Source: Sphyrna mokarran (lineage: Eukaryota). From it: DNA of 64,000 nucleotides. The translations under genes and the position numbers were made by a program. The notes under the pieces are model-generated. The model ran no database searches, had not been told where the DNA came from, and saw only the letters and a program-made list of their open reading frames with translations. Of the stretch, positions 25,263 through 35,309 are shown piece after piece. How positions within the stretch are numbered: position 1 is the stretch's first letter; each line of letters opens with the position of its first letter. Location: assembly GCA_024679065.1 (NCBI GenBank), contig JAGIQG010000040.1, forward strand, positions 4,898,001 through 4,962,000. The letters are read 5' to 3'.

Positions 25263-25301
25263 GGTTTTTGTCCGGGACCTCCCTGTGTTTAACACACTGT
25301 G
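25263..25301 (-). other. Consensus 23-RSS of V6
   Basis: CACAGTG (25301-25295) + 23 nt + ACAAAAACC (25271-25263). Confidence 0.95.
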
Positions 25302-25634
25302 CCTCACAGCGCAGAGATAGGTCGCAGTGTCTGAAACCTGTACGTCTCTCACAGTCAGGACGCTGAGTTTGTTGCCTTCAGCGATTGAGGCAGTGATCCT
25401 CCCGGGTTGATCGGTTCCTCTTGTGGCCATCACCAGATGCTGGGGTGACTGATCCGGGAGCTGTCTGTACCAACGCAGGATGCTAAAAGCAATGGAGATG
25501 GTGCAGTTATGGGATACGTTTCGCGCTTCACTGACAACCATCCGCGGAGGGAATTGCATCACTTCAGCTTCTCCGGTCACCCCCGTACGGGTTAGAGATA
25601 AAAATAGGAGAAAGTCGATGCAAATCCAGAACAT
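25302..25634 (-). CDS. TCR alpha-like V segment V6 with leader and V in one exon
   Basis: ATG 25634: MFWICIDFLLFLSLTRTGVTG|EAEVMQ..C..LRWYRQ..DTATYLCAVR, no intron. Confidence 0.85.
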
Positions 25635-26569
25635 TCTCAATTATCGCGCAAAACCTGAAGATGAGAATTAACCGGGAGCCAAATACTTTATTCGGGTTCA
25701 GTTCAGTTCAGTGTTTAGGTTGAACTGACAATAGGCGGGTTCTCCTTTAACCCCCCACACTGACACCAGCTCACACAACCTCTGAGCACCCACCTGACCC
25801 GCTCATCTTAAATATTCCTCACCCCTCACACTGCTCTCTGCTGGTGTATGCTGGTAAATGCAGGGTGTAATTCTTCACTTGGACCTCGACAAGTTGCCTT
25901 TCACCAAATAATTACAAATGAGAACAGCTGTTCCCTTCTTCCGGTTATAGGTCTTTTATTGCGGGAGAGCTTGCAATTCTCTTTTATTCTACTTTCCAAC
26001 GATTGCAGTGCATTTACTCTTTCATTCTTGCTGAAGTTTTATTCCACTGTGGCCAATTGCGGTGTGCCAAGAAGATGTTAGTCTAAAATAACGTTCCATA
26101 ATTTCAAATTGTTGAACACGAACTGATCCATTTATCGAATATTTGTAACATAACAGTACTGGCAACATTGAAAACATATAAGAATATCTTTAAAATATTA
26201 ATAAGTTTGATATCGGTGTTAAAATGATGTTTCTGCTTCCGCATTTGTTCCTTCAATCAAATATTCCTCAATGAAGAAATGCGTCCGATAATGAACTTAA
26301 TCCATCTGCTCTCTCCTGCAGACAAAAGCAATACAATATACAACATTAAAATCTGTTCCACTTTTGGAACCAAGACTGATTCCAACAATTCCGTTATCTA
26401 CAACAATGACCTCTTGTCCTAGGCTGTTCTAGAAAGGGGAACACTTGGTTAACATTGCCTTTACCAATCTAATTGAGTGTTCTATATGCCTCAATCAAAT
26501 CCCCCTCATTCTTCTGTACTCCAGCGAGTATGAGCCCAAGTTACTAAACCGCTTCTCATATGACAGCCC

Positions 26570-27110
26570 ATTCATGATACTGATGAGAACACATGTGGAA
26601 TACCGTAACCAGTTTTGGGCCTCTTATTTAAGGAGATATATTATTTCATTGGAGGTAGCTCAGAGAAAGTTAACGAGGATGATCCCCGTTGTGGAAGGAT
26701 TGATTTATGAGAAAAGGTTAAACAGGATTGCACTCTACCCATTGCCATTTAGAGAGTGAGAGGTGATTTAACTGAAATATATAGGATTACTGAGGAACTT
26801 GACAAGCTAAATGCTGAGAAGATATTTTCCCTAATGGAAGAGTTTAGAACCAGAGGACAAAGTCTCAGAACAAATGGGCGCCAACTGAAAACTGAGATGA
26901 GGAACAATTTCTTCATACGGAGGATTGTAAATCTTTGGAACTCATTGTTGCAGAGAACCGTGAAGGTAAAGTCATTGTTTATATTTAAGGATGAGATAAA
27001 TAGATTTTTGATCAGTGAGCGAATCAAGAGTTATGGGGAAAGAGCAGTAAAGTCTACGTGAGGAATATTGGGACATCCATGATTCCATTGAATGAGAGAG
27101 CAGACTCGAG
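26570..27110 (+). mobile_element. CR1 LINE 3' fragment
   Basis: QFWASYLRR..LEVAQRKLTRMIP; RGDLTEIYRI..FFIRRIVNLWNSL. Confidence 0.8.
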
Positions 27111-27659
27111 AGGCCTTACCCCGGCCTTTCGTCATTTGGGATTATGGTTACAGCCTGGTTATTTTAAGTCGAAAACACGGGGCTGTCAATTCTGTCAGAA
27201 AACACTCAGTCGAAAGGAAAATAATCATCGATTTAACTAAGGAGTGTAATCAACAAATTGGGAAATGTATTCGTTTTCTACAAACTGTATCTCAACAAAC
27301 AACATGTTCTAATCATATAGAAACTATGCACCGGTTGTGATAAATGGGACTCAGAGAGTAGAGATTGAGAATGTTTTGCTCATTAATTCAAATAGACCGG
27401 AAAATATCATGAAAATACAAAACGTGAGTGAGGGCATAATAAATTGATGTGCGAAATTATTTTGCAGTATACACGTACACGTACTATACACGATAGTTAC
27501 AACGTACCTAATACAATTTCTCTGTTGCTGCTCACCTATTCATAACAACAAAGAACAAAGAGCAAAGAGCAACACAGCACGGCCCTTCATGTTGAATGTT
27601 GTGTTATTTTAGTAACGGCCTGAACTCTCACAGGAATTGCTTCTGTTTATCAGTGGGGC

Positions 27660-27673
27660 GCGCCCTCTGCTGA
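27660..27673 (-). promoter_or_regulatory. CTCF-like motif downstream of V8 RSS
   Basis: TCAGCAGAGGGCGC 25 bp after the nonamer on the minus strand. Confidence 0.65.
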
Positions 27674-27698
27674 TCACTAACTGGAACTCCCAGACTGG

Positions 27699-27738
27699 GG
27701 TTTTTGTCCGGGGTTCGCCATATCTCTGCACCAGTGTG
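27699..27738 (-). other. RSS of V8 (24-nt spacer)
   Basis: CACACTG (27738-27732) + 24 nt + ACAAAAACC (27707-27699). Confidence 0.85.
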
Positions 27739-28147
27739 GGCTTCATGGCACAGAAATACACGGCGCTGTCAGAGAGAAGCGTTCCGGCGATAGTTAAAAG
27801 GACCGTTTTGTTTCCTTTGTGCGAAACGGCAGAAAATCTATCCGGAGAATCTTTAGTGCCTACTGTCAATAAATAATTCGGAGCTTCCCCGTGAGACTGA
27901 ATGTACCAGAGCAGAGTCGGAATAACAGCTGTCGAGTAATTGCAGGACAATGTTACGGTCTGTCCTTCTTTAACCGTTAGTTCAGGGGGATCTTGGAACA
28001 CTTCATCTTTGCCATTGGTTCCTGCAACAAATAACAGAATCTCTTAAATGTCTGATGGAGAACGCTGAGAACAAACAGCAAAAATATAAACTTAAACTTA
28101 CTGGACAGGAAGACCAACAATATTAGTAAAGAAAATTGGAAGAACAT
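27739..28147 (-). CDS. TCR alpha/delta-like V segment V8 (leader 28147-28102, 80-bp intron, V exon 28021-27739)
   Basis: Leader MFFQFSLLILLVFLS + gtaagt; acceptor gttgcag; VTLSCNYS..LLWYIQ..DSAVYFCAMK; TATA-like gatataaaa ~85 bp upstream. Confidence 0.9.
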
Positions 28148-29016
28148 GTTTCCTGTTTAAGAATTCCACAAAAATCAGCAGAATTGTAAAATTCTGTCAG
28201 CTCTTGTACTCTGATGTGAAGAAGTAATTTTATATCATGGGCGGTCCTCGTTTATTGGGAGACTAAAAGGCGTTACCCAGTGACCGGATTGGCTTGTTGC
28301 GCAGTGTTGTCAAGAATTGATCACCGAATAACATTGGTTGCAGCCCAATGACTTTATCTGACAGTTTCTCCGTCTGCCTCTGCTTGTATTCCTTGCGCCT
28401 CTGGTTCTCTGTTCGCCTCCATGTCCATCCTGCACTCTCAATATTTTGGCGACGAGTGCCTGTCTCTTCTCTCTATGTCTCAAAGCTTCTGTCTCCCTCA
28501 ACCGTTTTCCAGGAACGTGCAGAATTTAGAATATGCAATTTCTCTCAGCCTCCCATTTCAATAAATTCCCAAGGCCCATTAGAGGACAGCTGATATGTTA
28601 GCCAAAATATCATAATGACAACACTGAGGATATTTTAAAATTGAAGCAAATACATTAAAATCCGACAATCTTTAAGATAAATGTGAGATTGGAGTCAAAT
28701 TTACGTCCTTCTGATGTGTGAGAGACCTATATTAAGAATTCTAATCTTATCAGTATTGCTCTGATTTCAAATTTTGTAACACGAATATAGTTTAACAGAA
28801 AGGCCTGAAACATTCAAAACAGCTAAAGCAATCAATTGATGAGGATTCAGATTGAAGTTCTTATTAGCTCCGAGCATCGATCCTCCTAAATTTAAGTATA
28901 TTGTAATAAAAATCATGAGAACAAGAAAAAATACAGCAACAAAATTCTGCAACAAGATCCTTCAGTAATCTGAGAATTCACTGATCTTCCCAGAAGAGGC
29001 AATTTACCACACATCA

Positions 29017-29030
29017 CCACCAGAGGGCGA
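29017..29030 (+). promoter_or_regulatory. CTCF-like motif
   Basis: CCACCAGAGGGCGA closely matches the CTCF core. Confidence 0.6.
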
Positions 29031-29040
29031 TCCCTCACCG

Positions 29041-29068
29041 TGTTTTTGTGCTCACTAGCAGGCGTGTG
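29041..29068 (+). other. Candidate J/D-type 12-RSS (orphan)
   Basis: TGTTTTTGT (29041-29049) + 12 nt + GCGTGTG (29062-29068); no FGXG J frame follows. Confidence 0.45.
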
Positions 29069-29379
29069 CTCCATAACACATGGATATGTTGGGGAGCCAT
29101 AATCCAAGAGAACAGAATGAATTATTCAATTACAGAGTGAAATGATAGACACCAGTAATGTAGAAGAACTGCTTTAATTGTTGGAATACACAATGATATG
29201 TTACAGAGGAGTAATCGAGGAGAACTGGATTAGTTGTTAGATTACAGAGAGACATATTACAGAGCAGTAATCAAGGAGAACTTGATTCATTGTTAAAATA
29301 CATGTAAAATGTACAGAGCAGATACAGATGCAAAATCTGCGGATAACACAAAGATGGGTAGAAAAATAAATGAAGTGCA

Positions 29380-29950
29380 TGTGAGGATACGATAAAGGGA
29401 CATAAATGGTTAAATAAATGGGCAACGCCCCGTCAAATTGACTGTAATGCGGTCAAATGTGAAAATGTCCATTTTGGCAGGATGAATATAAAATACGCTT
29501 CATATTTAAACGGTGAAAGGTTACAAAATTCGGAGGTACAGAGAGATTAGGCTGTCCTAGGGCACGAATAGAAAGGGGCTAAGGTGCAGGAATAGTAATT
29601 GAAAACGTCATAAAATTTTATCATTTACGACGAGGGAGCCTATTATAAAATAGGAAGGATGTGTTTCCATTGAAAAAGGCATTGCTGAGTCCACACCTGG
29701 AGTATTGTGTACAATATTTATCTCCTTATCTAAAGAAAGATAGTAATGCGTTAAAAAACGTTCAAAGAATGATTGCTATAATAGCACCCAGGGACTTGTA
29801 GGTTATCTGTATCAGCGGAAAGAATATTGATGTTGGGTTTGTATTCACTTGAGTTTCGAAGATTCAGAGATAACTGCATTGAAACCTTTAAAACGATAAG
29901 GGGTATTACAGCGTGGATGTGGAGCGGATATTTCCTCGTGTCCATGTTGT
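29380..29950 (+). mobile_element. Old CR1 LINE fragment
   Basis: ccacacctggagtattgtgtacaat...tctccttatctaaagaaaga, typical of CR1 ORF2. Confidence 0.6.
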
Positions 29951-30042
29951 AGCTGTATAGATATTTCTGAGTCTTTATATTTCTCAGTCTGTACATATCT
30001 GGGCTCTTGTTTCCGCGTCTGTTCCCAATATAATTGTATTGT

Positions 30043-30056
30043 CCACAGGAGGGCGC
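30043..30056 (+). promoter_or_regulatory. CTCF-like motif
   Basis: CCACAGGAGGGCGC. Confidence 0.5.
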
Positions 30057-30139
30057 TCTCTGATCATTTACCAAACATCACTGTCGCCTTCTGCAGAGAG
30101 TGACTATTTACTGATATAAAAATGGGTGGGAAAATAAAT

Positions 30140-30230
30140 TCAGTAACAGTCTGGCAACACCAATTTTAAATCCAACCGATTTATTTGATAGTAAATCTGC
30201 AAGCTTTCGACTTTCGTCTTCATCAGGCAG
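30140..30230 (-). mobile_element. Penelope pLTR fragment
   Basis: caacaccaattttaaatccaac..atttatttgatagtaaat..gc.agctttcgac shared with 50590-50645 and 58183-58239. Confidence 0.8.
30197..30230 (-). ncRNA. Minimal type I hammerhead ribozyme motif
   Basis: Reverse complement CUGC-CUGAUGA-A-GAC(GAAA)GUC-GAAA-GCUU-GCAG: core boxes, stem II, stem I CUGC/GCAG, palindromic AGCU stem III. Confidence 0.7.
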
Positions 30231-30755
30231 CTGACCCCACTGATCCGCAGAGCACCCTTACCCAGGGCCTTTGCCCTGTACCCTGACATACTGACCCCAC
30301 TAAATAACAGACAACATTTACCCAGACACTACCCCTGTACAGTGATATGCTGATCCCACAAATCAACAGAGCACCTTTCCCCGGGCCCTATCCCTGACCC
30401 TAAAATACTGACCCCACGAATCAGAGCACCTTTGCCCCGGTCCCATTCATCTGCCTTCACATACTGACCTCACTAATCAGGAGAGTAACTTTACCCAGGT
30501 TGTATCCCTGTATCTTGACTTAGAGACCTCATTAACTAATACAGTTCCATTCCTCAGGTCCTAACCCGGTACCCTGACATACTGACCCCACTAATCAGGA
30601 AGGTACCTTTACCCAGGCTGTATCCCTGTATTTTGACATAGAGACCCCATTAATTAATACAGTACTATTCTCCAGGCCCTAACCCGGTACCCTGACATAC
30701 TGACCCCACTAATCAACAGAGCACCTTTACCCAGGCCCTTTCCCTGTACCCTGAT
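30231..30755. repeat. ~60-bp tandem repeat, about 9 diverged copies
   Basis: Unit ctgaccccactaatcaacagagcacctttacccaggccctatccctgtaccctgacata. Confidence 0.85.
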
Positions 30756-30944
30756 TGCCCATCCCTAGTTCCAATCAGGGATGCAACCCTGATCATCCCT
30801 GATCACTGGCCACTGCCAAAGATGTCGAAGAATGCATGGGAAGATCCTTACAGACATCTAGTGTGACTAGGTAGTAAGTTTCAGAATTGTTCATATTCAG
30901 ACAAGTTATATTTTATGTTTCTTTAAGTAAACTTTACTTTTGGG

Positions 30945-31250
30945 GTGATACAGTAGCACATTGGTTATCATTACTGCCTCATAATGCCAAGGATCTATGT
31001 TTAATTCTCATCTTGCGCGACCATCTATGTAGTTTGCACATTCTCCCTGTGCCAATGTGGGTTTCCGGTTTCCTCCCACAGCCCAATATGTGCGGGTTAG
31101 GTTGATTGGCCATGGTAATTTGCTCCTTAGTGTCAGGCAGATTAGCAGAGTAAATATGTGGAGTTACAGGGAAAGGGCACAGGTGTGATTGTTGTCAGTG
31201 CAGGCTCAATGGACCATGGCCTCCTTTTCACTGCAAGAATTCAATGATCC
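30945..31250 (+). mobile_element. V-SINE (HE1-like)
   Basis: cagtagcacattggttatcattactgcctc head, gtttgcacattctccctgtg core, tail. Confidence 0.75.
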
Positions 31251-32669
31251 TGAAAACAGCATTTTGTGTCCAATGATTAACCATTTGTATTAATCAGTGA
31301 ACTATATTAATTAGTCATCGGTCAGAAATTATCAAAAAAAAGTGAGCTTCAGTTAATTATCATTGAAAATTTAATGATCCATTAATAGTTTTTCAGTTAA
31401 ATGTAGTTTCAAAATGTCTTCATTGATCTTGTTAACTTACTTCATAGAATAGAATTATAGAGTCTCTACAGTGCAGAAAAATGCCATTCAGCCCATTGAG
31501 TCTGCACTGACAGCAATCCCACCTATGCACGATCCCCATAACCTTATCCTTGTAACCCCAACAATAATAGTTATATTAAAAGACTGGTTTATTCTTATAA
31601 TTCTATATAATTGCATACTGCAATTTCCATAAGAAGAAATGTATGACCTGATGAGATGATTAACAACGAGTCCATTGTGGCCTGGGTTAAACTTATTTGG
31701 AACTGAAAGGTTACACAATGAATAGAAAGCTTGCCCAGGATCAGATAGGAGGGATGCATTGAATTGTCTCATTCTATCTCTATCTGAGACAATTAACCAA
31801 ATCATTAAAAATCAAGATTTTTGGAGATTTACACAGAGGATGGTAAATGCCTGGAATGTGCTACCAGAGGTGGTAGAAGAAGCATGTTTAAGAGGCATTT
31901 TGACAGATTCATGAACAGGCGGGGAATAGAGGGACATGGACCGCTTCAAGGCAAAAGATCTTTAGTTCAGGAAGGCATCATTTGTCAGCACAGGCTAAGT
32001 GGGCCAAAGGCCTGTTCCTGTGCTGTAATATTCTCTGTTCACCTTTCACAGCTCATATTTCTGTTGATCTATTTTATTTACACATGATAATTAAACTGCT
32101 GCCTCTTCATAAACTACTTTAAAATTATATCAGCTTCATTCCCTCACCTCACTTTGTGGAAAACCTGTGATAAATGTTCATCTATTTGGCATGGTGTGAC
32201 ACCTCTATGGCTGTAAAATGGTAGATCCTTTGGCTCAGTATGAGCTGTGACTTGGTGAATGGGCTATGAATATAATACAAATACAACCTTACAGATGATG
32301 CATTTAGTCCAAATCAACTTGATAGTTAAATGACGAGGGCTGAAGGGACTTCCCAAACTCTCCCATTGCATATTGCTCTTAAAAAATGGGATCATATCTA
32401 TTCAAGCTGTGTAAAAAAAAGGAAACAAGTTCCTAACGTAAATGTTGTTTCTTAACTAGAGGAAGCTCACTTCAAAAGCAACTAACTTGTGTTAAGAAAT
32501 ATTAAAAACATTTGCCACATTTTGTTTGACGCAAAACTGATATGGTTTAATTTTATCCGGAACATTAACACCTATTACAGAGCTGCAGTTTATGAACACC
32601 AGCAGAACAGGATCCCAATGAATGTTGTTCAGTCCTGGGTCTGATTACAGCAAAGTCTAAGTTCTATCT

Positions 32670-33977
32670 TCACTTATGAACTCGCTGATGCGTCAGCAGG
32701 TTGGATTTCCGAGTGAATCCCTTCCCGCACTGGGAGCAGGTGAATGGTTTCTCCCCAGTGTGAACTCGCTGGTGTTCAATTAGTATCGACGATCGACTGA
32801 ACCCAGTCCCACATTGAGAACACCTGAACGGTCTCTCGTCAGTGTGAACACGTTGGTGGGACCTCAGGTCTCCAGATCGTTTGTAGCACTTCCCACAGTC
32901 TGGGCATGTGAAAGGTCTCTCCTCAGTGTGAACCCGCTGGTGAGCCCTGAGTTGGGAGGACTGAGTGAATCCCTTCCCACAACTGGAGCAGGTGAACGGT
33001 CTCTCCCCAGTGTGAATTCGCTGGTGTTCAGTGAGGTGGGACGATTGCCTGAATCCAATTGCACAGTGAGAGCATCTGAACGGTCTCTCGTCAGTGTGAA
33101 CATGCTGATGGGATTTCAGCTCTCCAGAACTTTTATAGTAATTCCCACAGTCTGGGCACTTGAAAGGTCTCTCTCCGGAGTGAACCCGCTGGTGCACCAT
33201 GAGTTGGGATGACCGACTAAATCCCTTCCCACACTGCACGCAGGTGAATGGCCTTTTCCCAGTGTGAATTCTCTGGTGTACAGTGAGCTGAGATGATTGC
33301 CTGAACCCAGTCCCGCAGTGAGAGCACCTGAACGGTCTCTCCTCAGTGTGAACACGTTGGTGGTACATCAGTTCCCAGGAACTTTTATAGCTCTTTCCAC
33401 ATTCTGAACAGTAAAAAGGTCTTTCCTCAGTGTGAACCTGCTGATGGCGCGTCAGTTCCCTGGAACTTTTAAAGCACTTCCCACATGCTGGACATTTAAA
33501 AGGTCTCTTGTCAGTGTGAACTTGCTGGTGTGACAGCAGGTTGCTTGTGTGAATGAATCCCTTCCCGCACTGAGAGCAGGTGAATGGCCTCTCCCCGGTG
33601 TGAACTCTCTGATGTACCAGCAGATTGGAGGACTGAGTGAATCCCTTCCCACATTTGGAGCAGGTGAATGGTCTCTCTCTGGTGTGGACTTGCTGGTGTC
33701 TCAGGAGGTTGAATGACTGAGTGAATCCTTTCCCACACACAGAGCAGGTGAACGGCCTCTCCCCAGTGTGAACTCGCTGGTGAATTTCCAGGTCAGATGG
33801 GGAATGGAATCCTTCCTCACAGTCCCCACATTTCAGCAGCTCCTCTTCAGTGTGACTGCACTTGTGGTTCGTGAGGTCAGATGATTCATGCACAGAACAC
33901 GTGTACAGATTCTGCCCAATGCGATCGATGCCTTTTTCTTCCATGTTCAAAATCCAATAATGATACAATGGGTACAC
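32670..33977 (-). CDS. C2H2 zinc-finger protein, 14 fingers
   Basis: 435-aa ORF with 14 CxxC..HxxxH units; upstream acceptor tttcacag near 34053. Confidence 0.88.
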   Translation of the reverse strand: MYPLYHYWILNMEEKGIDRIGQNLYTCSVHESSDLTNHKCSHTEEELLKCGDCEEGFHSPSDLEIHQRVHTGERPFTCSVCGKGFTQSFNLLRHQQVHTRERPFTCSKCGKGFTQSSNLLVHQRVHTGERPFTCSQCGKGFIHTSNLLSHQQVHTDKRPFKCPACGKCFKSSRELTRHQQVHTEERPFYCSECGKSYKSSWELMYHQRVHTEERPFRCSHCGTGFRQSSQLTVHQRIHTGKRPFTCVQCGKGFSRSSQLMVHQRVHSGERPFKCPDCGNYYKSSGELKSHQHVHTDERPFRCSHCAIGFRQSSHLTEHQRIHTGERPFTCSSCGKGFTQSSQLRAHQRVHTEERPFTCPDCGKCYKRSGDLRSHQRVHTDERPFRCSQCGTGFSRSSILIEHQRVHTGEKPFTCSQCGKGFTRKSNLLTHQRVHK

Positions 33978-34196
33978 TGGGCGACTCCATCAGATCCTGA
34001 TGTGATGTTCGCTTTCTGTTTCCTGACTGAAAATCCTCCTCTTCTAAAACCCTGTGAAATGGATTGAAATAGAAAAAAGGCAGTGAGAGAGAACTCACAG
34101 AAACACAAAGGCAGATTGTGAAATTAAGCTGAATGAATCTGGTAATTTGTGGGGCTGGTCGTAGGAAAAAGTGAGTGTGGAAACTACTGGATTGTG

Positions 34197-34470
34197 AGTG
34201 GGTGGCACTGTGGTTAGCAATGATGCCTCACAGCATCAGAGACCTGGGTTCAATCCCGGCTTGGGTCACTGTCTATGTGGTGTTTGCACGTTCTCCCAGA
34301 GTTTGCGTGGGTTTCTTTTGGGTGCTCCAGTTTCCTCCACAGTCTGAAAGACATGTGCATTGACAGGTGCATTGACCCGAACAGGTGCCAGAATGAGGCG
34401 ACTAGAGGAATTTCACAGTAACTTCATTGCAGTGTTAATGTAAGCCTAATTGTGACTAATAAATAAACTT
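34197..34470 (+). mobile_element. V-SINE
   Basis: ggtggcactgtggttagc..gggttcaatcccggcttgggtcactgtc..tttgcacgttctccc. Confidence 0.8.
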
Positions 34471-34749
34471 TTAACTTTAAAAAAACTGAACTATTCACTA
34501 ATGCTCTTCAGGGAAGGAAACTTGCTACTTGATCAAGGGCAACACAAGACTCTGGACAATCTGAGAGAAGAAATCGAGGGGGGAAGAGGCAGAGAGAAGA
34601 ATAAGAGAGGGTGAGACAGAATTGGGCAGCACAGGAAAAAAAGGAATTTCAAATATTTCAAACTCCCACAACCTCCACCACCTAGATGGAACAACAAAGC
34701 AGGCGTATGGGAATACCATCATTTCCAAGTTCCTTTTCAACTCACGCAC

Positions 34750-35300
34750 TATCCTGACATGTCTGACATCCAGTACTGGATGAACAGAAACTTCTTCCAA
34801 TTGAATATTAAGAACAAAGCCGTTGTCTTCAGTCCTCACAATGAACTTCACTCCCTCTCCCTGGCAACTGTCTGAGGCTGAACCAGACTTCTCACAACCT
34901 CAGTGTCCTGTCTGATCCCAAACTGAGCTTCCAGTTACATATCCTCATCATCACCCAGAATGCCTATTTCCATCTCAGTAACATCGCCTGAGTCTCAAAT
35001 CATCTTGTTCAGAAATTCCTTTATTCCCTCTGAACTTAACTATCCCAGTGCACTCTTTGCTGGCCTCCCACATTCAGCTTCCCTGCAATCCTGAGGTCAT
35101 CCAAAACTCTGCTGTCTGTGCTCAAGACTTGTTCATTCATCATCCCTTTCCTCACTGACCTACAAAAGTTCCTGTTTAAGAACCACTAACATTTTAAAAC
35201 TCCCGTTCTTGTTTCCAAATTTCTCCATAACTGCGACCACTCCTCTCTCTGTAATATCCTTCACTCACACAATTCTCCATGATCTGTGCTCTCCCCTAAT
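34750..35300 (+). mobile_element. L2-like LINE fragment (second copy at 36220-36680)
   Basis: ctgtctgacatccagtactggatg...ctgtctgaggctgaaccagact...gtcatccaaaactctgctg. Confidence 0.6.
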
Positions 35301-35309
35301 TCCAGACTC

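Noticed and set aside
29069-29140. Functional J segment after the candidate 12-RSS
   Set aside because: No FGXG/WGXG motif and no good splice donor; kept only as an orphan RSS candidate
30231-30755. CRISPR-like array
   Set aside because: Contiguous tandem units with no unique spacers, eukaryotic context, no cas genes
32814-33738. Alternative-frame and antisense ORFs over ZNF genes
   Set aside because: Shadow ORFs of repetitive finger codons
34197-34270. tRNA genes
   Set aside because: A/B-box sequences continue into the V-SINE body; these are SINE heads with no complete cloverleaf
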